From Acidobacteriaceae bacterium (lineage in GTDB: Bacteria > Acidobacteriota > Terriglobia > Terriglobales > Acidobacteriaceae): a DNA stretch of 64,000 nucleotides. This document shows, one piece after another, positions 54,664 through 64,000 of this stretch; the first letter of the stretch is position 1, and the number at the start of each line of letters is the position of its first letter. The notes beneath the pieces were generated by a model. The model was not told where the DNA came from and ran no database searches. It saw only the letters and a program-made list of their open reading frames with translations. Made by a program: the position numbers and the translations under genes. The stretch is taken from the NCBI GenBank assembly GCA_031296325.1, contig JARLFY010000004.1, positions 58 to 64,057 on the forward strand. Reading direction: 5' to 3'.

Positions 54664-55974
54664 TCATGCGGATTGGCCGGCGCTGACGCCGGAGGACCAG
54701 GCCCACTGGAAGTTGTAGCCGCCGAGATGGCCGGTGACGTCGACGACCTCGCCGATGAAGTAGAGGCCGGGGACGGTGCGGCTCTGCATGGTCTTCGCGT
54801 CGAGCTGGTCGGTGTCTACGCCTCCGACGGTGACCTCGGCCTTGGCATAGCCCTCGGTTCCGGCGGGCGTGATGCGCCAGGCGTGAAGCTCTCGCTCCAT
54901 CTCGGCCAGCGCGGTGTTGGGCAGCGCGTTCGACTGCGCCGCGTGAGCTTCAGGAGCGTGCAGCGCGAGCCAGCGATTGGCCAGACGCGACGGCAGGACG
55001 GCGCGCAGAGCCTGATCCGCAGCGGCAAGGTCACGGCGAGCCTGCGGGCGAAGCAACGGAGCGAAGACGCGCAGCGCTTCGGCCTGCTCGCTTGCAGAAT
55101 TCCTGCCGCGCGTCGTGGCGAAGTTCCGCGCGGCATCGAGCGCAGGCTCCGGCGCGAGGTCGAGTTCGATAGACTCCCCTGGTCGCCAGTAAGAGGAGAT
55201 CTGTAGAATCGCCGGGCCGCTGAGTCCGCGATGGGTGATGAGCATCTTCTCGCGAAAGGTGCTTCGCACGGATCTCGAAGTGTTTCGCACCGTTCTTGAA
55301 GGGCTGCCTTCGGCGGAGACTACAACCTCGGCGGCGAGGCCGGGAAGATCGCACCAGTCGGCCTGATCCTGCGGGTTGAAGACCAGCGGAACCAGGCCAG
55401 GGCGCGTCTCGACGATGCGGTGACCGAACTGCGCGGCCAGCTCATAGCCGAGCGCGGTTGCGCCCATCTTCGGGATCGAAAGACCTCCGGTGGCGACGAC
55501 CAGCGAGGCTGCGGAGAACGTACCCGCGGAGGTCTCCACGCGGAAGCGGGAGTCGGCCTGCGCGACGGCGAGGATGCGCGTTGCAGTCTGAATGCGGACT
55601 GTGGCTTCGGCGCACTCACGCAGCAGGAGATTGAGAATCTGCTGCGCGGAGCGGTCGCAGAAGAGCTGGCCGAGCGTCTTCTCGTGATATGCAACGTCGT
55701 GTTTCTCGACCAGCGCAATAAAATCCTGCGGCGTGTAGCGGGCCAGCGCCGACTTGACGAAGTGCGGATTGGCGCAGAGGTAGTTCTCCGGCGCGGCGTT
55801 GCGATTGGTGAAGTTGCAGCGTCCTCCGCCAGAGATCAGAATCTTTTTGCCCGGGCCTTCGGCGTGATCCAGCACAAGAACGCGGCGCCCACGGCGACCG
55901 GCCTCGATGGCGCAGATCAGTCCGGCGGCTCCTGCGCCGAGGATCAGGACGTCTACTTCGGAGATGGGATTCAT
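54664..55974 (-). CDS. HI0933/BaiN family NAD(P)/FAD-dependent oxidoreductase
   Basis: GAGAAG, GKKILISGGGRCNFTN, THRGLSGP, GEVVDVTGHLGGYNFQWAWSSG. Confidence 0.92.
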   Translation of the reverse strand: MNPISEVDVLILGAGAAGLICAIEAGRRGRRVLVLDHAEGPGKKILISGGGRCNFTNRNAAPENYLCANPHFVKSALARYTPQDFIALVEKHDVAYHEKTLGQLFCDRSAQQILNLLLRECAEATVRIQTATRILAVAQADSRFRVETSAGTFSAASLVVATGGLSIPKMGATALGYELAAQFGHRIVETRPGLVPLVFNPQDQADWCDLPGLAAEVVVSAEGSPSRTVRNTSRSVRSTFREKMLITHRGLSGPAILQISSYWRPGESIELDLAPEPALDAARNFATTRGRNSASEQAEALRVFAPLLRPQARRDLAAADQALRAVLPSRLANRWLALHAPEAHAAQSNALPNTALAEMERELHAWRITPAGTEGYAKAEVTVGGVDTDQLDAKTMQSRTVPGLYFIGEVVDVTGHLGGYNFQWAWSSGVSAGQSA

Positions 55975-56146
55975 GCTTGGCAAAGGATAGTTGCTCGATC
56001 TTACAACGCGGGTCTCAAAATCTGTCTATCAACTCGACGGATCTATCGATTCGGCGATGCGTTGGAGGACAGAATCCTTATTCCTGAGATAAAGCCGCGC
56101 CCTTCCAACGCAAGGAGTTTATTGTAGCCTGTGAAATTGCAAAACA

Positions 56147-56451
56147 TAGAGCGGTTTAGGAATTGGTGTAGACCCCATTATTTGTTATTCCGTAGCGAAG
56201 CGAAGGAATCTAATTTTTTCCTGTTTCATAACGGTCTACACCATTGCCCAAAATATCATTGCCCAAAATGCTCTAATGGGAGGAGTTTGATCTATAGAAT
56301 GATTACGCGAAGTTGTGAGAGGGTTTCAGCGGGTTCAAAGATTTGAGTATTTCGGAATGGGGTAGACCGTTGTGAAACGAGCAGCAGCAGATTCCTTTGC
56401 TTCGCTATGGAATGACAACAAATTGGACTATAGCAATTTGGAAAAGTTCTA
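56147..56451. mobile_element. Two MITE-like copies in opposite orientation (56147-56275; 56343-56451)
   Basis: TAGAGCGGTTTAGGAATTGGTGTAGACC...GGTCTACACCATTGCCCAAAAT(dup)GCTCTA; and TTTCGGAATGGGGTAGACCGT...GGACTATAGCAATTTGGAAAAGTTCTA. Confidence 0.78.
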
Positions 56452-56479
56452 AACCGATCCAGAGAGGAAATGGAGAACG

Positions 56480-57343
56480 ATGAAGATCGATACAAAAGAT
56501 TTTTGTGTGCGTGAGGGATCAAAGGTCAATCTCAAGAAGTGGCCGACGACGAGCAAGCCCGTCTTCTCCTCGAAGGAGGAGTACAAGAGGCTGTTGGAGA
56601 AGCATGTGGCGCAGTTGAGCGATTTGCAGGAGTTGCACGCCGCCTCGGCCAAGACTGCGCTGTTGCTGATCTTTCAGGGGATGGACGCGGCAGGCAAGGA
56701 CGGCGCGATTCGCCATGTAATGTCTGGCGTGAATCCGCAGGGATGCGAGGTTTCGAGCTTCAAACAGCCCAGTGCAGCGGAGTTGCAACACGATTTTATG
56801 TGGCGCTCGACGCAGCGGCTGCCAGAGCGCGGGAGGATCGGCATCTTCAACCGTTCGTACTACGAGGAGGTGCTGGCGGTGCGGGTGCATCCCGAACTGC
56901 TGGCCAACGAGGGGTTGAGCGACGAGGCGCGCGATAAGAACTTCTGGAAGAAACGCTATCGCTCGATTGTGGATGCGGAAGAGCATTTGCATCGCAATGG
57001 CACACGGATTGTGAAGATCTTTCTCCACCTCTCGGAGGAGGAGCAGAGGAAGCGTTTCCTGGCGCGGATCGACGCTCCAGAGAAGAACTGGAAGTTCAGC
57101 ATCTCGGACATTCACGAGCGCAAGTTCTGGAAGCAGTATCAGGAGGCCTTCGGCGAGTGTTTGCAGGAGACCAGCACCGAACACTCGCCCTGGTATGCCG
57201 TTCCTGCGGACGATAAGGAGAATGCGCGATTGATTATCTCGCAGATCGTATTGAATGCGCTGCGCGGAATGAAGATGGCATACCCCAAGACGACCGATGA
57301 GCGGCGGGCTGAGCTGTTGGAGATACGCAAGCATTTGGTGTAG
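56480..57343 (+). CDS. ppk2: Polyphosphate kinase 2 family (class III-like)
   Basis: [39 protein letters not shown]. Confidence 0.9.
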   Translation: MKIDTKDFCVREGSKVNLKKWPTTSKPVFSSKEEYKRLLEKHVAQLSDLQELHAASAKTALLLIFQGMDAAGKDGAIRHVMSGVNPQGCEVSSFKQPSAAELQHDFMWRSTQRLPERGRIGIFNRSYYEEVLAVRVHPELLANEGLSDEARDKNFWKKRYRSIVDAEEHLHRNGTRIVKIFLHLSEEEQRKRFLARIDAPEKNWKFSISDIHERKFWKQYQEAFGECLQETSTEHSPWYAVPADDKENARLIISQIVLNALRGMKMAYPKTTDERRAELLEIRKHLV

Positions 57344-57367
57344 TGTCTGGTGTCTCTGCCTAGCTGC

Positions 57368-57799
57368 CTAGCTGCCGGGGCCGTGGGCAGGCTTTCCTTC
57401 TTGCACGTAGTTGCGGTTCCACTTGGGAATCTCGACGACGTAGGTTCCGGGCTTCTCAATGACGGCCTGACAGCCGAGGCGCGAGTTCAGTTCGATGCCG
57501 GCGGCGGTGTCCATGCGGTCGAGTTCGAGTTCCTCCGGTTCGCTGATTCCCTCCGCGCCCTGCTTCACGTGCAGATGGCATGTGGTGCAGGCGCAGACTC
57601 CGCCGCAGGCGTGGTCGAGGAAGATGCCGTAGTTCTCCGCCACGTCGAGGAAGGACATCGGCTGGCCGTGGCCCTTATAGGGAAGCGTGTCGAAGGCAAA
57701 CTCGACCGTGCGGCCCTCGGGCAAGAAGGTGACCCGCACCATTCCCTCGGCGGCGGGCTTCGATAGATCGACTTCAGGCGAGACAACTGGATCGGACAT
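57368..57799 (-). CDS. fdx: ISC-type [2Fe-2S] ferredoxin
   Basis: HACGGVCACTTCH...SRLGCQ; downstream of hscA. Confidence 0.9.
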   Translation of the reverse strand: MSDPVVSPEVDLSKPAAEGMVRVTFLPEGRTVEFAFDTLPYKGHGQPMSFLDVAENYGIFLDHACGGVCACTTCHLHVKQGAEGISEPEELELDRMDTAAGIELNSRLGCQAVIEKPGTYVVEIPKWNRNYVQEGKPAHGPGS

Positions 57800-57812
57800 G
57801 GATCCTCCAAAA

Positions 57813-58191
57813 CTTAACACCGATTAACACCGATGGCACCGATTAGAAGCAAGACCGACCACGGATTGCACGGATAAGAACGGATTAAAGGCAAAGACAG
57901 AACCGTGTAATAGAGCAGTTCCCATAGATGGGGTGTGCCGTCGTCGAATGCAGCAAAGCAGATTCCTCCGCTTTGCTACGGAATGACAAACAAAGTGCTA
58001 CGGAATGACAAACAAAGTGATTCGCTGTAATTCAGAAAAGCATCTATATGGATTACAGGTAATTGCAACAAGATTCAAGTAGTTGGAATTCCAGCCTCGC
58101 TTTACAGAAATATTGCCTTTGAATCCGTTTTTATCCGTGTAAACCGTGGTTGGTCTTGGTTTTAAATCGGTGCCATCGGTGTAAATCGGTG

Positions 58192-58196
<5 letters not shown>
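57813..58196. repeat. Compound palindrome (ACCGAT)3-(ACGGAT)3 with nested MITE (57911-58046)
   Basis: ~80-nt arms at 57813-57892 and 58115-58196 are imperfect reverse complements; the right arm overlaps the hscA stop. Confidence 0.82.
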
Positions 58197-60171
<1,975 letters not shown>

Positions 60172-60300
60172 GCCTTGCCTGTCCCCCGCGCTCTGCGCCG
60201 CGCCTGAATAGCCCAGCGTAGATTGGATGTGTTGCGGCGCCAGTCGATTCCGCGCCAGTCTCTATTGTCCTACATGGGCGTTGCTGCGCGCTCAGGAAAA

Positions 60301-60696
60301 AGGCTTAACACTGATTTATACCGATGGCATCGATTTAAAACCAAGACCAAGACCGACCACGGATTACACGGATAAAGACGGATTAAAGCATTTTAGTAAT
60401 TGCTTTAGACCGGTTTGTTTTCATTCCTTGACTCGTTTGTCATTCCATAGCGAAGCGAAGGAATCTGCTTTTGCTCGCTGCACGACGGTCTACACCATTA
60501 CCGAAAATGCTCTGCGGGCAAGGACGAAACGGTGCCATAAATGAATTGAAGACAACTGTAGCGGGAGGCAAGTCGTTGGGACTTGAATCTCCCCTAACAG
60601 AAGGAAGGCATGCCTTTAAATCCGTTTTTATCCGTGTAATCCGTGGTCTGCTTTGGTTTTAAATCGGTGCCATCGGTATAAATCGGTGTTAAGCCT
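60301..60696. repeat. Compound palindrome (ACCGAT)3-(ACGGAT)3 with nested MITE (60384-60514)
   Basis: AGGCTTAACACTGATTTATACCGATGGCATCGATTTAAAACCAA..GACCACGGATTACACGGATAAAGACGGATT and its reverse complement at 60615-60696. Confidence 0.85.
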
Positions 60697-60726
60697 TATC
60701 TTTTGGGCCTTCCATCCCGATGAGGG

Positions 60727-60999
60727 CTACAGGAAGGCGACCGACTGGATTCCGGCGATGTCGAAGCGCTTGCGGCAGCGGATGTTCTTGCATCCGAGGA
60801 CGTCGTCGGTGCGCACCATGTAGCTCTGTGCCTTGGCGAAGCGTGCTCGGTCGCGCTCGTCGGCGTTGCGCGGAAGCTGCGCCTTCTTGCGTCGGACGAG
60901 CCAGCCGATCTGATATTCGCCCGACTGGCCGCAGTGCGGACAGGTCATGGTGTGGGTGCGTTGTTCGGGGCGTTCGTCAAAAAAATCGCGTTCTTCCAT
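60727..60999 (-). CDS. Small hypothetical protein with probable zinc ribbon
   Basis: GGAGGGG RBS; CPHC ... CKNIRC; 90 aa. Confidence 0.7.
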   Translation of the reverse strand: MEERDFFDERPEQRTHTMTCPHCGQSGEYQIGWLVRRKKAQLPRNADERDRARFAKAQSYMVRTDDVLGCKNIRCRKRFDIAGIQSVAFL

Positions 61000-61149
61000 A
61001 AGTAGTTTCCCCTCCCGGAATCGGCTGCCTGCAAGTGATCTGCATCTGCGCGGATTCCCGGGCGTACTGGTTCGTAAAAAGTATTGCATAATTGGGGACT
61101 ACAGCGCAGGACGATCTCAGCCACGCGCGCAGAGGAGCAGGGAAGCGAG

Positions 61150-61338
61150 ATGAGCAAGGCGAAGAAACAGGTCTTCTCCGTAGTGAAGGCGGTCAAGGAG
61201 AACGCGCGCACTCGCGTCGGCCCGGTGCCGCCCGAGCGCGTGATCCCCGATCCCAAGCAGAAGCTCGCCGCCAAGCCGAAGCACAAAAAGACGTTGGCCG
61301 ATCTGTTGAGCGGTGGTTCTGAGGGTGACGAAGAATGA
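61150..61338 (+). CDS. Small basic hypothetical protein
   Basis: 62-aa ORF with GC-rich codon usage, upstream of the S2P-trpS-scpA run. Confidence 0.6.
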   Translation: MSKAKKQVFSVVKAVKENARTRVGPVPPERVIPDPKQKLAAKPKHKKTLADLLSGGSEGDEE

Positions 61339-61366
61339 GTTCGGCGTAATTCTGTAAACTGGAAGG

Positions 61367-62059
61367 ATGAGTCAGCAGGAAATAGTCCTGATCTTGTTTC
61401 AGGTGTTTGTACTGGTGTTGGCGTTCTCGGTGCATGAGAGCGCGCATGCCTATGTGGCGTTTCGTCTGGGCGATCCGACGGCCTACATGCTGGGGCGCGT
61501 CTCGCTGAATCCGGCCAAGCACCTCGACCCTCTGGGTTCGGTGGTTCTGCCGCTGATCTCGCTGGTCTACGGCGGCTTCCTCATCGGCTGGGCCAAGCCC
61601 TGTCCGGTGACGATACGCAACTTCCGCCACTACAAGCGCGACGATATTCTGGTCTCGCTGGCAGGCCCGGCCAGCAACCTCGCCATGGCCACGATCGCTC
61701 TGGTTCTTCTGGTGATTCTGCGACATGCAGGCGGAGCTACGGCGATCGACGCCGCCATGCTTATGGCACAGCATTTCCCCGTAGACAGCAGTGCGTTGCC
61801 TCTGTTTCCCGTGGCGATGCTCTTCTACTATGGCGTTACGATCAATCTTCTACTCTTTGTCTTCAACCTGATACCGATTCCGCCGCTTGATGGCAGCCAT
61901 GTACTGCGCCAGTTTCTGCCCTACCGCGTGGAGCAGATCTACGATCAGGTTGGGCGCTATGGACTCCTGTTGATCTTCTTTTTTGGCGGACGAATGATTC
62001 TGGGAACCTTCTACTACCCGCTGCTGAACCTCTTCGATGGCTTGTTGCGGTCGCTGTAG
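61367..62059 (+). CDS. Site-2 protease (M50 family)
   Basis: HESAH, GDPT, AGPASN, FNLIPIPPLDG. Confidence 0.92.
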   Translation: MSQQEIVLILFQVFVLVLAFSVHESAHAYVAFRLGDPTAYMLGRVSLNPAKHLDPLGSVVLPLISLVYGGFLIGWAKPCPVTIRNFRHYKRDDILVSLAGPASNLAMATIALVLLVILRHAGGATAIDAAMLMAQHFPVDSSALPLFPVAMLFYYGVTINLLLFVFNLIPIPPLDGSHVLRQFLPYRVEQIYDQVGRYGLLLIFFFGGRMILGTFYYPLLNLFDGLLRSL

Positions 62060-62097
62060 AGACGCCTGATCCTGTACCCTTTTGATTGAGAAAAATT

Positions 62098-63147
62098 ATG
62101 AGCGAAGTGACGAATCAAACTGCACCGAAGCGCGTACTCAGCGGCATGAGGCCGACCGGCAAGCTGCATCTGGGCAACTACATGGGCGCGCTGAAGAACT
62201 GGGTCGCGCTACAGAACGAGACCAACGTAGACGGCTCGCCGAAGTATGAGTGCTACTTCTTCATCGCCGACTGGCACGCCCTGACCACCGACTACGCCGA
62301 CACCAGCGAGTTGCCGACGAACGTGCAGGACGTCTTGCTGGACTTTCTGGCGGCAGGACTGGACACGAAGCGGTCTACGATCTTTCTCCAGAGCGAGGTT
62401 CCGGCTCATGCAGAGCTGACGATGCTGCTGGGAATGATTACGCCGCTGAGCTGGCTGGAGCGCGTTCCGACCTACAAGGATCAGCAGGAGCAGCTCAAGG
62501 AGAAGGATCTTGCGACCTTCGGATTCCTTGGCTATCCGGTGATGATGAGCGCCGACATTCTGGTCTATCAGACGGACTTCGTTCCGGTCGGGCTGGATCA
62601 GGAGGCGCACGTCGAGATCACCCGCGAGATCGCGCGGCGGTTCAATCATATATACAGCAACGGAGATCAGGAGATTCTGCCGGAGCCGAAGACTTTGCTG
62701 ACGCCTTCGCCGAAGCTGCCCGGGACGGATGGACGGAAGATGTCCAAGAGCTACAAGAACACGGTTCTACTCTCGGACTCTGAAGCCGACCTTCGCGCCA
62801 AGCTGAAGACCATGGTGACCGATCCGGCGCGCATTCGCCGCACGGATGTGGGCAACCCCGACGTCTGCCCGGTCTTCGACTTGCACAAGGTCTTCTCCGG
62901 CGAGGAGATACAGCAAAGCGTCCGTGTGGGATGTACTACCGCAGGGATAGGTTGCATTCAGTGCAAGGGATGGCTGGCCGACGGCGTGGTCAAGGAACTT
63001 GCGCCGATTCAGGAGCGCAGGAAACACTTTGAGGCACATCCCGACGAGGTGAACGCAATCCTCGACGAGGGCGCGGAGCGGGCCAACGCGCGCGCCGAGA
63101 AGACGATGAAGCAGGTACGATCTGCGGTAAGGCTTGCCCGACGATGA
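62098..63147 (+). CDS. trpS: Tryptophan--tRNA ligase
   Basis: SGMRPTGKLHLGN, YPVMMSADIL, VPVGLDQ, KMSKS. Confidence 0.96.
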   Translation: MSEVTNQTAPKRVLSGMRPTGKLHLGNYMGALKNWVALQNETNVDGSPKYECYFFIADWHALTTDYADTSELPTNVQDVLLDFLAAGLDTKRSTIFLQSEVPAHAELTMLLGMITPLSWLERVPTYKDQQEQLKEKDLATFGFLGYPVMMSADILVYQTDFVPVGLDQEAHVEITREIARRFNHIYSNGDQEILPEPKTLLTPSPKLPGTDGRKMSKSYKNTVLLSDSEADLRAKLKTMVTDPARIRRTDVGNPDVCPVFDLHKVFSGEEIQQSVRVGCTTAGIGCIQCKGWLADGVVKELAPIQERRKHFEAHPDEVNAILDEGAERANARAEKTMKQVRSAVRLARR

Positions 63148-64000
63148 GCGACGACCGCGACGAGGTTCTGAGCGACGAGAAGAGCGGCGAGCCGGAGGCT
63201 GCTGTTTTGCCGGAGCGCGAGGCTGTGGCTGACGAAGTCGCTGCGGTCGAGGCTGCCGCTCCCGCCGACGAAGCGATCGAGCCGGTGGGCGAGACGCTGG
63301 TTTTGCGCCCCGGGCCGGAACTGCCCGAGTCCGACGCGAAGAAGACGGTGGCGGCCAAGGCTGCCGCAGCCAAGGACGCAGCGGCGCAGGAGGAGGCTTC
63401 GCAGTCGCCCTTCTCGGTGACAGTGGGGCGGGTATACGACGGGCCGATGGATCTTCTGCTCGATCTGATCCGCAAGCAGAACATCGACATCTACGACATT
63501 CCTATTGCTCTGATTACAGGGCAGTTTCTCGACTACTGCCACCAACTGAAGCAGACCGACGTGGATTCGGCGGGCGAGTTTATCTACATGGCTTCGCTGC
63601 TGATCCACATCAAATCGAAGATGCTGCTGCCGCGCGATCCCTCGGACGTGACCGGCGCGGATGCGGAAGATCCGCGGCGCGAGCTGGTTGAGCGGCTGCT
63701 GGAGCATGAGCGCTTCAAGGCCGCCGCGCAGATGTTGATGCAGAAGCAGCAGATTGAAGAGGCCACTTGGTCCAAACCCGGCATGAAGGAGTTTCTGCGC
63801 GAGCAGGCGCGGGCCGAGGGCGAGGCCACCGGCATGGAGCAGGAGATTGCCGCCGACACGGTCGATCTGGTGCGCGTCTTTCAGGAGGTTCTGCAGCGGT
63901 TGAAGGAGCGGCCCGTGCTGAACGTCGACGAAGACGCCGTAACGGTCGCCCAAATGATTGAATTTGTGAAGCGGAGGCTGGTGATGGAGGATCGTCCGGT
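63144..64000 (+). CDS. scpA: Segregation and condensation protein A (partial, runs off the window; absent from the ORF track)
   Basis: Manual translation from ATG 63144: acidic N-terminal extension, then YDGPMDLLLDLIRKQNIDIYDIPI...AGEFIYMASLLIHIKSKMLLP...EDPRRELVERLLEHERFK. Confidence 0.9.
   Translation, partial: MSDDRDEVLSDEKSGEPEAAVLPEREAVADEVAAVEAAAPADEAIEPVGETLVLRPGPELPESDAKKTVAAKAAAAKDAAAQEEASQSPFSVTVGRVYDGPMDLLLDLIRKQNIDIYDIPIALITGQFLDYCHQLKQTDVDSAGEFIYMASLLIHIKSKMLLPRDPSDVTGADAEDPRRELVERLLEHERFKAAAQMLMQKQQIEEATWSKPGMKEFLREQARAEGEATGMEQEIAADTVDLVRVFQEVLQRLKERPVLNVDEDAVTVAQMIEFVKRRLVMEDRP

Noticed and set aside
57813-57892. Periodic ACCGAT/ACGGAT repeats as a possible CRISPR array
   Set aside because: Units are 6 nt with 2-5 nt gaps and form inverted arms; no 25-45 nt repeat-spacer pattern and no cas genes

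Overview
Core chromosomal window of a GC-rich bacterium. Gene content, the large Ig-rich secreted proteins and the repeat types point to Acidobacteriota subdivision 1 (inference). Housekeeping genes: pssA, psd, frr, araD, clpB, rplT/rpmI, gyrB, murB, thrC/thrB, ppk2, fdx/hscA, trpS, and scpA running off the end. Accessory modules: (i) a circularly permuted ATP-grasp / alpha-E / transglutaminase operon; (ii) a DprE1/DprE2-like pair; (iii) a ~3330-aa secreted protein fusing NHL repeats, a CE8 pectin methylesterase, a GH28 glycosidase and many Ig domains; (iv) an ArsR-led Ehr (hydrogenase-related, lacking Ni-Fe ligands) membrane complex with a divergent FMN-less CysJ-like flavoprotein and an orphan nuoI; (v) a ~1480-aa beta-propeller/ASH-domain secreted protein. 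Most notable: the two unrelated giant secreted proteins share a C-terminal TM-RR(R/K)-TM-GC-Gly linker-L(T/I)xVQ module inserted inside their last Ig domain, a candidate sorting or lipid-anchoring system. Intergenic DNA holds about 12 copies of a TA-bounded MITE-like element carrying a REP hairpin. Three copies are nested in larger palindromic elements, and three overlap the TAG stop of a neighbouring gene. A multi-stem candidate RNA lies between rpmI and rplT. No tRNA, rRNA, CRISPR array or transposase was recognised. All calls are by eye; no database search was run.
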